DNA of 64,000 nucleotides, from contig CM052817.1 in NCBI GenBank assembly GCA_028534125.1, positions 82,090,001 to 82,154,000 of the forward strand. The letters run 5' to 3'. Both the position numbers and the translations under genes were made by a program. The stretch comes from Lama glama. Taxonomy: Eukaryota. The notes under the pieces were generated by a model. It was not told the DNA's origin. It saw only the letters and a program-made list of their open reading frames with translations, and did no database searches. Shown here piece after piece: positions 26,494-38,256 of the stretch. Numbering within the stretch: the stretch's first letter is position 1; the number at the start of each line of letters is the position of its first letter.

Positions 26494-28534
26494 TCAAGCT
26501 ATTGGATTGAATAAAATAAGAATAACAAAAACAAAAAGCGAGAAATAAAAGATGAATTGCGGCTAAGCACCCACAACATGCCAGGGATTGTGTTGTGTAT
26601 TTGGCAGACATTATCTCATATAGTCATAGATAATAGGAACTTATGAATTGCTTCTAGCTGATTTATGTGTAACATGTGAGTGGCTGGGAAAACTAACAAT
26701 TAAATTTGTTTTACTTGGGTACAGCAGTCACAGACACGCTTGGGGAAGTACAAAGGGATGAAAGACTATGAAGGCTAATGACTCATTTCCTTATTTATTT
26801 TTCTCCCACAAAGACAAAGAGAGGAGAAAAGAGAAGTATAGAGCAGAGAAAGGGGAAAAAGGAATCACTTTGCCAAATATTTTTAAAATACTTTGCTGGT
26901 CAACCTATAGTAACTAGAGGAGAAGCTAAGTGTTACTCTCATGTAGTTCTTGGCTTTGCTGAATGGTTATGCTGGATGGAAAATTTTCACCTCTTACCCC
27001 ATTTCTATTTGTTCTTGAACCAGATGGAGACACCTGGTCAACCTAAACTCTGCTGTTTTGTTTTTGTTTTGGTTGCTTATTTTGTCTTATATATTTTGAA
27101 CAGATCATGTCTTAATATTTAGCAGATTGATTTATTTCAATAGAGTCTAATTATATTATTATGTATTAACATTAGAGGTCTTCTATGAAGACTCTGAAGT
27201 CATACTCACGTTATCCTAATCCACCAAATTGTGTCTCATCTGCTCTCAATATTTCAGGTAATTTTTGATGACTATAATTCTTTCCTAAGTATCTCTAGGG
27301 AATTATTTGATTAATTGAAGATTCTCCCTTCTGCTGGTGATTTCAGAAAAGAAATACCTTGAGCCTAAACAGGAGTAAAACCCAAAATATTCTCTGGTCA
27401 TAACCATAAAATAATTCTTCAGAAACAGTGGTGATTTCTAAATACAGCAGAGTTAATTTGTTTTCAAAAACAGTGTCTGGAGAAGAAAGAGGAGGAAGAT
27501 GAAGAGGGGATGAAACAAAAGGAAAAAGAAATGTACCACAATATCCATGTGAGGCCTGGGGTTAATATAGTTCTTCCCTGCAGTTACCATGCTGTAAAAT
27601 GAAGGAGAGGAATACAGGCGGTCACTGTGGAAAGACTTAAATTCCTCATAGATCAGAACTCTGAGAGCAGAAGCTCATGACTAAATTCCTCCGAGTAACT
27701 TCTATCTGCAAAAGAACACTTCTTCCAAAAATTCTTGATTTAGTGATCAAAAATAAACCAACTGTAGACTTAAAATAATATTTCTCTGGGAGGCAATTAG
27801 ACCAAATCTTATTACTTAAGATGACAAATGAAGCTTAAATTTTGCTGTTTTTGATGAAACATACCTTAGATAAAATGGTAGTGCAAGTAAAATTTTTAAA
27901 ATATTATAAAAATACTATTTGACCTAACAATTAGTTTAAAATTAAAATTTACCAGTAATTTTGAAGGCCCCAGTATGTCACTCTTTGATCAAATTCTCTT
28001 ACTTCTTCCCTTAAAAGTTAATATTCTCTTGGGTACTTAACTAACCATTCTCTAATTTTCTTTTATTTTATTATGTAAATATATATCCCTGAAAAATTTA
28101 TGGTTTAGTTTTCCCTATTTTGTGTTACATAAAGACAAATATTTCATTTTTGTTCTGTGATTTTGTTGTTTCATATATTATTATTTTTGAATATTAATAA
28201 TTTGAGGTATATGTAATTGGGCTGTGTAGAGCTTTGCTGCAATGATATAATAACCTTATTTACCTATTATACTATTGACAGACATTTGGGCTGTTAAGTC
28301 TTTGCTAATAAACAGATGATGCTATATACATTATCATAAACATCTTCTGGACATACATGTGCAAGAATTTTCTGAGTACGTATTTGGGAGTAGAATTTCT
28401 GGAACATAATGTAAGCAAATACCAAACTTTGTTAAGTTATGCCAAACTATTTTGCAATTGGTTGTACTAGTTTATACTCCTACCAGTAACTTGATGTTTC
28501 TTGTTTCCTCTTGTAAGATTTCTATGTCTGTCTT

Positions 28535-28685
28535 TTATTTTTTAATATAATTTTTAATATTAAAATTTTTTTTCTTTCTAGGTAATTAGGTTTACTTATT
28601 TATTTATTTTTAATGGCGGTACTGGGGATTGAACCCAGGACTCTGTGCATGCTAAGCAGGCACTCTACCACTGAGGACTCCCCGC
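28535..28685 (-). mobile_element. tRNA-derived camelid SINE (vic-1 type)
   Basis: Reverse complement ..ctcagtggtagagtgcctgcttagcatgcacagagtcctgggttcaatccccagtacc..aaataaataa..aaacctaattacc; Pol III A and B boxes present; homologous to 32958-33100. Confidence 0.9.
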
Positions 28686-28919
28686 TAATTCATTTTTTTA
28701 ATGAGATTTAATCTCTGATATAAAGTTATGGATTACATTTATGAATATTAATTCTTAATTGGTATATGTCATGCATATATCTTCTCGAAAATTATGTGGC
28801 TTGTCTTTTTATTCCTTTTTTCATGTCTAATGATACATAGACCTTCTTAATTTTAATGTAGTCAAATTAATCTTTTTTATGATTTGTACTGTCAAATCTC
28901 TGTTTAAGAATTCATTTTC

Positions 28920-28981
28920 TGCACTGTGCTGTACACCAGAAATTGACACATTTTAAACTGACTAGACTTCAATAAAAAAAA
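28920..28981 (+). mobile_element. Minimal (about 62 bp) LINE-1 3' end insertion with a perfect 14-bp TSD
   Basis: gctgtacaccagaaattgacacattttaaactgactagacttcaataaaaaaa flanked by aagaattcattttc at 28906-28919 and 28982-28995; TT/AAGA endonuclease-type site. Confidence 0.92.
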
Positions 28982-29577
28982 AAGAATTCATTTTCCTTCC
29001 CAGAGGTCTTAAAGATGTTTTCCTATATTGCCAACTAAATGTTTTAAAAGTTTTACCTCAGACAATTGTCTTTATTTTACCTTAATTTTTGTGTATTTGT
29101 GCACAGTGGGAATTAAGTATTCATTTTTCTTTTTTTCCACATGTAAATGTAATTTTGACAGACTGTATATTAAATAGCCCATCTGCTCCCCACTATATTG
29201 TTCCTTCTGTCATAAATTGTATACATAGGACAGCCTATTTCTAAGCTTTCATAAGTTCCCATGTTGAATAACACATTGTCATAATTACTATGCTGTTAGT
29301 GTAAGTGTTATTATCTGACAGGGCAAGTTATCCCATTTTCTTCTTCAAAGAGTCTTCGGACTATATTTGGGCCTTTTTTTCTTCTACATACATTTTATAT
29401 AAATGTGTCGAGTGCATCCCCGCAAAAAACTTACTTGAGATTTTGATTTGAATTACATTGATTATATTGATCAATTTGGGTAAAACTGACATCTTTATAA
29501 TATTTAGCAAAATATGCAAAAGAACATGGTATAGCTTTTGATTTAGTTAGGTATTTTTATTATTTATCTATCTATCT

Positions 29578-29955
29578 ATTTTTTAACTGAGGTATAGTCA
29601 ATGTTTGATGTAACTTTCAGATGTACAACACAGTGATTCACAATTTTTGAAGGTTATATTCCTCCTATAGTCATCATAAAATATTGGCTCTATTTCCTGT
29701 GTTGTACTACCTATCCTCGTATCTTATTTATTTTATACATAGTAGTCTGTACCTTTTTTTTTTCTTCTTTTTTTTAACAAGCTCTGTTCAGAGTTCTTTT
29801 TTGGGGGTGGGTAACTAGGCTTATTTATTTATGTATTTAATAGAGGTAGTGGGGTTGGACCCAGGACCTCGTGCATGCTAAGCATGTGCTCAACCACTGA
29901 GCTGTATTCTTCCACCGTTAGTAGCTTGTACCTCTTAATCCCTCGTCCCTAACCT
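29578..29955 (-). mobile_element. LINE-1 3' end (L1MA/cetartiodactyl type) split by a SINE
   Basis: ttttaactgaggtatagtc..tttcagatgtacaacacagtgattcacaattttt..ataaaatattggctctatttcctgtgttgtac; resumes after the SINE as tgtacctcttaatccc. Confidence 0.85.
29755..29918 (-). mobile_element. tRNA-derived camelid SINE (vic-1 type) with TSD
   Basis: gtggggttggacccaggacctcgtgcatgctaagcatgtgctcaaccactgagct; TSD copies tagtagtctgtacct (29740-29754) and tagtagcttgtacct (29919-29933). Confidence 0.9.
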
Positions 29956-30794
29956 AAAAATATCAGGTAATTTTAATAACTGAATGAAGTTTTATATTTT
30001 CCTTTATAAAGGAGATATTAACTATTTGTTAGACATAATTCCACATACTTTACATATAATTTAAATGGCATCTCGATTTATAAATATATTTGAACTGATA
30101 GTTGATTATGTAAAAAATAGACTGATTTGTAAATATTAATGCTTTATTCAGATTATTTGTAAATAATAACAATCTGCTTCGTCTTTTCAGTCTTTACATC
30201 TTTTGTTTCTTTTGTATAGCTGTATCTTTTTGAGCTTCCAGTATGATGCTTTGTAGACATGAAAATAACTGGTATCTTTAAATTGTTGATGATTTTAAAG
30301 GGAACAGATTCAACAGTTTACCTTGAAGGACAGTGTTTGTTATGGCTTTCTTGTACATACCTCTCATCAAGTTAAGAAAATTCCTCTCTTTATGTGCACT
30401 CTTACTTATTTGACAAGAGAAATAAACTTGAACAACCTGTTTATTACATTCTTTAATTTATAACATTATTACTTTATTCTATTTGTTCACACTTAACCTT
30501 TGATTCTTGAAGATGCATATAAAGTAAGTAGGTAACAACTCCTTGGAAGTTTGAAAAATAGCCATAGGGCATGTAATCCAACTGAAGTTAATCTTTAAGT
30601 GAGTCAGTGAAATAGAACCCTTAACATTTCTGTGTCACAGAGGGGGCACGAGGAATCTTTTGCTCCAGAGGGTGAAGGACTTTTTTGGTACAGAAGGAAG
30701 ACCACAATCCCCATGTGGTTACACGTGCACCGTTAACTGAAAGGCAAAGTTAACTAACATTACCTGATGCTTAATATTTATGGGTTAAAATTCC

Positions 30795-30950
30795 CCTTAT
30801 ATTCTGTGATATTATCTCCATTTCTCAGACGAGCAAGAAGCAAATGTTTAGTTATGTGACTTTACCAATGTCACATACGATGTAGAGACAGGACAGAGGA
30901 AGAAGCCAATCTTACTGCATGTAATCCTTTGTCCTTTCTACACTGCTATA
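30795..30950 (-). mobile_element. MIR fragment
   Basis: tattatctccatttctcagacgag..gttatgtgactttaccaatgtcacatac. Confidence 0.55.
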
Positions 30951-31733
30951 TAGTTGACTTCTCCATGTATTTGATTCTGACTTCGAAAGATTACTTTTAG
31001 AGAAAGGAAAGACATTTATTGAATTCTTACATAAAATCTGTGTCTGAATTGATTATTTGATTAATGAGAGTAAAATGGAGTTTCTGTAATATTTTACGAA
31101 ATGTATCTAATTCTGTAAGTTCTTACATTCTCAGTCATTCATCATCTAAGGCATTTGCTTCAAATCTAGAATTCTCTCACAAGCTCCTCCTGATGTCAGT
31201 TCTGCCAAACTCCATTACTTTATGAAGCTAAATTGTTCTTTTTCACTCTGCAAGTCAGATGAGAAGCAGCTTGTCATCTTCTGGTGCAGAAGCAGAACTT
31301 TCTGGGTGATGATCCCTGACTAACCATGTCTGGGAAGCACCCAAGCAGTTTGGCAGTCCCTTCAGTCTCGCTGAGTCAGAGGCTGAGATGCGTCTGGTTA
31401 GATCATTCTCTGCATGTGGCTGACCCTCATCTTTAAGCCATTTAAATATTCCTAGCTTACTAAGAGATTTCATAAGACATAAAAGATGTTGCCCAACTCT
31501 ATTCTTCTCAAGGACTCCATTCACCTATCCACTCAATTCTAGGGACACTGAAACCAAAATGAAGTATTTTGAATTCTTTGTAAATTTTTAAATCTTATAT
31601 CAAAATAACAGTATCTTCATTATATTTATAGACTATGTGCATCTGTATTAAATGTCATTTATAGTATAATATTCTTTATGTTGTTATATTAAAAATAATG
31701 ATATTATTATTGTCATATTTCTTCACGTAGGAC

Positions 31734-32372
31734 TGATGCAGGAAAAATGGACGTGGGGCGTGAGGAGGGCCGTGTCCCAAATTTTGGTTGAGCCCCTAGG
31801 ATGTGCCCCGTAAAGTGTGGGTCCTTGGCTTCGTGCAGAAAAGAATTCAAGAGCGAGCCACAGTTGAGTAATGGTAGATTTATTCAGAGAGACACATTGA
31901 AAGGCAAGAGAAAGGCCATGAGGTGTGGGGTTTGGGTGCTCAAATTAGAGTAAAAGTAGGTACACAGTCCATAGAGAGAACACGGGCTGTCTCCGAAGAG
32001 GGAGAGAGAGAGGACGGAGGCCACCAGGTGCTGTGTTGCCAGTTTTAATGGCCTCAGTGGCTTCATATGCTAATAAGTGGAAGGACCAGTCTAACTAGCC
32101 TGGGGAAGGGGCTGGGATTCCCAGGAAGCTGGCCATTTCCCACTCTTTGACCTTTTGTGGCTAGCCTTGGGACTGCCATGGCGCCTGTGGGCATGTTATT
32201 CACCATGCTAACATATTACAATGGGTGTATTATGAAGCTCAAGGTCTACTAGAAGTCAAATCTTCCACCATCTTGAGCCTCAAGACCTACTGGGGGTTGA
32301 ATCTTCCACCATTTTGATGTTAACTGTTGTATTATTCCTTGAATGGCTGTGCCCTGCCCACTTCCTGTCTCA
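31734..32372 (-). mobile_element. Young ERV1-class solo LTR (639 bp), probably lineage-specific
   Basis: Sharp GC-rich block with inverted termini TGATGCAGGAA...TTCCTGTCTCA, 4-bp flanks ggac/ggat (TSD with one mismatch), AATAAA on the minus strand near 31879-31884, and retained CpGs. Confidence 0.88.
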
Positions 32373-32957
32373 GGATCACATATTCCAGAGCCAGGAATTA
32401 ACCATAGGTTGGTTATCCATAAACTCCTAACTACTGAATGTTTTAAACAAATGCTTTATATAAATATTGCTCTCAATTCATCATTATTTTACTTTGACAT
32501 CTTAAAAATTTTTTTAACATAAACCGAACTTTATTTTTTAAGACTTTTTAAAATAAAGTTTTCTCTATAGACTGGTACAGGTGAATCAGACTAGTATGGC
32601 CATGTTGGTTGCCACTTTCAGTGCCATGATTATAAGGATGCTCACGTGATTTAGAACAAGTGCCTGCCACTGAGAGGAGGGGATCTCAGAGCACAGAATC
32701 TTCCCACAGTGGTTCAGAAACATCACTGGTATGTGACAATTAGTGCATACATATGACCTATATATTCGTTTAAATAAAACTTTTGAGAGGACTTTTCTAT
32801 TTTTGCCCTGTTCAAATTGTAGTTTTATCTTTTTGTGGTTGTTTTGGTCCTGAAAACAGTTCACTAAGAGGAATGCTGTCTGGAATTTTCAGCCTATTTT
32901 ATGTACAAGACTATTTTAAGTACAGGTTTTCAGTTCAGTTAAAATACCTAAAAAAAA

Positions 32958-33100
32958 GGGGGGAGGAGGTTATAGCTCAGTGGTAAAGCACACACTTAGC
33001 ATGCACAATGTCCTGGGTTCAATCCCCAGTATCTCTGTTTAAAAAAAATAAATGAAATAGGTAAATAAATAAGTCCAATTACCTTCCTCTCCTAAAAAAA
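32958..33100 (+). mobile_element. tRNA-derived camelid SINE (vic-1 type)
   Basis: gggggaggaggttatagctcagtggtaaagcacacacttagcatgcacaatgtcctgggttcaatccccagtatctc plus an A-rich spacer, aattacc and an A tail; A box TAGCTCAGTGG, B box GGTTCAATCC. Confidence 0.92.
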
Positions 33101-34077
33101 TTAAGTATCTGTAATTTTAAAGATTAATTTTGTGTTAATTAAAGACTCAGGAATAATTCTTTTCCAATTCTTCATTTCTGTTTCTTCATTATTAAGCAGA
33201 TGCAAAAGGATTTTAATTCTGTAATTACCATAGCAACAAACAGAGATTGATTGAACAACATATTTTTTTAAAAACCTAATTTGAACAAGCTTATAACTTG
33301 AACATACTTGCTTACAAAATAATAAGTTCTTAGAATAACCCTGTGAATGATTCACTTGGAGATCTGTAATATATATTTTTAAAGTTGAATATTTTGCCAA
33401 GAGCAGACACATGCAAAAATATGTTCTCTCCTTGATATGCATTCTTCAGAGTCCAGCAGAAGTCAGGAATAGGGCTCCTGTTAACATGGCTCAAAGGAGC
33501 GAATTGCCCTAAGGGGCAGACAACCAACTCCAGCTAAGGAGTTTTGGGCTATGTTCCAGAGAGTTCATTAAAAAAGCAAAGGGGATAAAAGTTCCCTAAA
33601 GATCACACACTAGCTCTGCCTTAAAACTGTGATTTTAATTCAGGGGTGCTGAAACTGTGTCAAATAGCCTATAGCAAGATATGTACTATGTGCTGCAAAA
33701 TGATGCAAAATAAATACTCACTGTGTTTTGAGAACTAAGTCATTAGTAGGGGAAATACTATACTATACACACCCTAAGGATATTTGAGCGTTCACATAGG
33801 CACATAAATGTTGATGTGAAGTGTCATTCACGGATGTTAGTAGCTGCATATTTTTTCATTAACATAACTATCCAATTTCTATTAAGTTGACTAAGGGCTT
33901 GATTAGATCTGTTGGTTTAGGGAAACACCTGGATAAAACTAATGGTCAAAATGGCCTTAATTTAATTTTGAATAATACTTGCCCATTCAAAATATTTTCA
34001 CTTTCTTGTTTGAAAAACAAACCCCTGTAAAATAGGTGATAGCGGTATTAGCCTCATGTCACAGGTAGGAAAATTAA

Positions 34078-34410
34078 GGTTATCCAGGTTGAATTCCTCA
34101 GGATTCTAACATGAAGATTTATATGCGTGGCATTTATTAGAAAGTGTATATGGGATCATTATCTGAGGAAGAGAGGAGAAAAGGAGGCAAGACAGGCAGA
34201 GGGAGAAGTGGAGTGGACATGCAGGCCTAATGAAGGCCTCAGGGGACAGCATGGAAGGTTGTGGATCTGGCATGAGCCTTCAGAGGTCAGCTTGATTTCT
34301 AATGAGGGTGACAGCAGAGAACAGCTGTGTGGTAGCCTCTTCCTAGGAACTAGGGAACACATACTTCATTCTGGAAGGATCATCTTCCAGGGATCATGGA
34401 GTCACACAGG
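34078..34410 (-). mobile_element. ERVL LTR remnant, LTR16 family
   Basis: gaagatttatatgcgtggcatttattag..ggcagagggagaagtggagt..gaaggcctcag..gccttcagagg. Confidence 0.6.
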
Positions 34411-35829
34411 TAAAAAGTGCTTGTACCAAAGTGTAAACTGGATTTTACAATTAGAAATTCTTTTCCTGTCTTACTTGTCCCTCTATATTAACGTTTTGTA
34501 AATTGTTCTGTCATTTTGTACCAATTTACAGGACTTCACTCACCTTTCATTGGTTCGATTAGAACTGAGTTTTAAAAGAGCATTCAGCCATAAGCAAAGA
34601 AGTTTGTTCACATTACAAAAATGAAGCGGCATTAACAAGACATTTGCATAATGCTTATTTTCTGAGCGGATGCACATGTTGAAATATATATAAGTACTGA
34701 ATGCATCTATTTAACTGTACCTATATATAAAAAGAACAAGCATATACGAAAACTGAAGACAATGATATTTTGATTGGAAGCAACTCTAATATCAACAGGG
34801 ATCTGAAGTTTATAGAAAGGAGAATGTCGACCTGACCTATGACTTGCCTATTAACATATTCCATCTCTGGCCTCTAAGTAGTGATTAAATCATGAACCAT
34901 ATAATTATTCTCTAACCTGGAGTAATAGAAGGATAATACAAAGTGTTCAAGGGCAATAAGCAATTCATTTTCTAAAAGAATATATATGAAGTCTTAAGTT
35001 TTGTGCTACAAGTTCAACATTTCTATGTGAAAATAAAATTGGCTGTTTGCTTATAAAGTATTTAATCCTTGGGATTGTTCTGAATTCAGGAATTATTAGG
35101 ATAAAATAAATTATTCCAGTGATATGGAATTATGAATTCAAATGACTAAATAAAATGATGTTCTACAAAATTATCTGTCAAGTAGAAAGGATGTCTGCAC
35201 TCTTCTCAATGAATCTCACAGTGTTAATGGTTCATTGGAATATATTCAGGTGATACTTGCAAATCATTTCAACATCTGTTACCTGGCCTGTGACAGTAGC
35301 TATTGATTGCCAGCTTCTCAAATATCAGCAGTAGAACCTCTTGATACAAAGATGACTTCACTGCTTACCATAGTAAGATAGACTATGACAGCAACAGAAC
35401 TAGGGCAGTGTCTCGGAGGGAGCAAGGCAAAGTCAGATTTTTTTTTTTCAGAATTTAAAGTGTGGTCACAGGTGTGTCACCCAAATGTGGAGACTTGATT
35501 AAGACTGAGTATGTATTATGATACAGTAGTTTAAGATTGGTGGCAAGAGAAAGGTGAGAATTTGGAGGCAAGGGGTTCAAGTAGTCTTTGGGCATAAAAC
35601 ACCAGTGAATGCTCTTTATTGAAGAGATCATGGGGTTTGGGAGAGGCTCTAAAAATGAACAGTCAAGTTGTCTGCCTGGGCAACAGTCTCCTGAAAGTAT
35701 AGTAAAGTCTTATTAATGTAGGCAGAAAGGTGTGTTTGGGGGAAGGTGATTTCTTTCTCACTGTCAAGAGACTGCCTTCTGGTGGTAAAATGGCAGCACA
35801 GGATCTTTCTTTGCTCCTTGGTGATGAGC

Positions 35830-35965
35830 AGTAGGACTTTGGGTGAGTTCCTTAATTTCCTGTCATTTTTCTTTTCTGTGCTTATACCTACATCATAAAT
35901 TTGTTATGAGGATTAAATAGACAATATGACAGACAATTTGAACGGCACCTGACAAATAATATATA
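35830..35965 (+). mobile_element. MIR fragment
   Basis: gactttgggtgagttccttaa..acctacatcataaatttgttatgaggattaaatag..aacggcacctgaca. Confidence 0.7.
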
Positions 35966-36449
35966 GGGTGTTACTGTTTCCCTCTCTCCTTGCCACACAC
36001 TTGTACAACATGCACAATTTCACAAGTATCTGCCTCTTTCAGGCAAGGGCTAGGGGGCTAAGAATAAAAGGTAGATTTTATTTGAGGTATATGACATTCA
36101 AACATTCATTTCACTGACTACTTGTGTGTGTGGGTATATATATGTATACACATATTAATGAAGATATTCTTCATGGCTCAGTTAACTGGTTAAAAGTAAA
36201 ATGTCATAGAAACAGATTGTCGAAAAGAAGAAAATATTTGACAGTATTTAAGTTTCTATTTAAGACATGTCAAAAATCATACCATCAGATAAGACTGTCT
36301 TAAAATGACAACTCTTCATGTGATTGCCTATACTTTTCCTACTTTCATGTAAAAAAATATGGCAATAAAAAAATATCATTATGATTATCAAAATAACCGA
36401 GGATCAAGTTACAACAGAGCCAGAAAGCAAGGTCCATACCATCCAGCTT

Positions 36450-37030
36450 GTTTATTCCTTTACTCTTCCATAAAATATTTACTGAGTCCCTAATCTGGGT
36501 CGAATGAGGGTAACATGACAAGCCAAACCAGACCGTGTTCCTGCCTTGATGAAGCTTAGGCCTATTGGGAGATGAAATCTAAGTTAAATCATCACACAAG
36601 TAAACCACGACAGTGATTGCTGTGAAGAGACAGGTGACCCAGGAGGGCTTTCAGGAGGAAATGTCATTGGACCAAGACCTGAAGGATGAAGGGTGTCTAC
36701 TAGGTTAATAGGGTTGAGGGTTCAGGGATGAGGGTTCCACAGCAGAACCTGCCATGGTGGGAGGACACACAATCAGTGGTCTGAAGAGAGGCCAGTGTGA
36801 GGCTGCGGCACAGAGACAGGGAGGGTGTCAACGAAATCAAGCTGTGCAAACTGGAGGGGTCTGACTGCAGAGAGCCCTGAAGTCTGTCTGGAATCTATGA
36901 CTCCTCTTAAGGGTTTTGACCTTATCTAAAACTCACTAGAGGATTTTAAGTAGGGTTGGGGGAAGAGGGTGAGGAAGAAGAACCCATATGATACCTAATT
37001 GAGATTTAGGGTAAACGGTGAGAAGTTACT
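36450..37030 (-). mobile_element. LINE-2 3' end
   Basis: aaatatttactgagtccc..cctgccttgatgaagctta..gggctttcaggaggaaatgtcattggaccaagacctgaaggatga..gaggccagtgtg..ggattttaagtaggg. Confidence 0.8.
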
Positions 37031-38194
37031 GTTTGGAAAAGCAATTGGAATAAATAACAAAGCTTCAAAAGGGTAGCTATTTCTTCTTCTGTGACGTTTC
37101 CCTTTTTTATGTCAGTAGGTAACTTATTGCTGCTTTATGACCACTATGTTTATGATTTGGGCTTTAGAATTGAATAACTGAAGAGATATGTATATATATA
37201 TAAAATACCACACCAGTGTCCATTTACAGAACAGTCCATTTGCTGTAACAGAACTTCAATTTAATCTCCATTGTCAACCATAAGTAAAAAATATAGAGTG
37301 ATAAAAACCTAGTAAGTGAAAGAAAATTGCTTTTTAAGAATCTAGGAATTAGCGTCAGAACCAGTGGGTTAATAGCTGTAAAGTGGGTTTCAGTATTGTC
37401 CCTTCGTGAACTGATGAAAGGGTCCTGATGTCGCTAGAGTAATTTTTACAATCATACACCCCTCCTTGCAAATTGGCCACTTTCGTGTTATTTAATCCAA
37501 CTTTTATTCATCATACTACATAAGGGGGGAAATTAATATTTTCATCTGAACTTTGATTTTTATGTACATCCCCAGTGACGCAGCAGGAGGAGAATCAGCT
37601 CCGAATCTTTTGTCAACTATGGGAATGCACCCACATGTCCTCCAAAGCTTAAATTTACAGTAAGGATGAGACACTGGAAAATGAACTTCATATGGATGCA
37701 CTGAGAAATCAGTAGGGGCTGCAGCACAGGCGTCATTATTCATTTAAGTTTAGGGGGAAATCTACAAATAGAAGATAATAATTTAGAAAAGAAAAAAAGC
37801 ATTATTCTGGGAAGTAGGAAAACAACAGACGTTCAGATAGCTAGTTTGCTACTGTTTACTTCTGGAAGTACAAAGTCTGGCATTTGTCAATAATTCAGTT
37901 ATCATACAGTTAATTTTTGAATCTTGACCATTCCGTCTTGAGATGATACTGTTTTCTTCATTAAGAATCATTTAAAAGTCACATTTTACAAGCAATTGTG
38001 TTCTCAGACTAACTCGGTAGATACATTGTTTACAGTCTTGAAGGAAATATCTGCATCACAATGCTGAACAAAGTCATGTCACTGGCATATATCTGTATTT
38101 AAAAATTTTTTATCTTTGTCACAAAATAAAATAATTCACAGAAGAAAATAGTAAGATAATTTTCAAGTTAAAACTTTGATTTTGACATAACTGA

Positions 38195-38256
38195 ATCTAT
38201 ATATGAATAAAATCTTCAGGTGATTCATGCACACATGAAAAGTTAGGAAGCACTGA
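38195..38256. mobile_element. MER5-like hAT-Charlie terminal fragment
   Basis: caggtgattcatgcacacatgaaaagttaggaagcactg resembles a MER5A end. Confidence 0.5.

Larger units (their letters stand above)
27960..30390 (-). mobile_element. Ancient L1M (L1MC/L1ME-like) ORF2/3' region, interrupted by younger insertions
   Basis: gacagacatttgggctgtt, tgccaaactattttgcaattggttgtactagtttatactcctaccag, gattttgatttgaattacattg..gatcaatttgggtaaaactgacatcttta and ccctctcatcaagttaagaaaattcc are typical antisense old-L1 motifs. Confidence 0.8.

Noticed and set aside
32958..33040. tRNA gene
   Set aside because: A and B boxes are present, but the sequence continues into a SINE body and A tail and has diverged copies elsewhere in the window.
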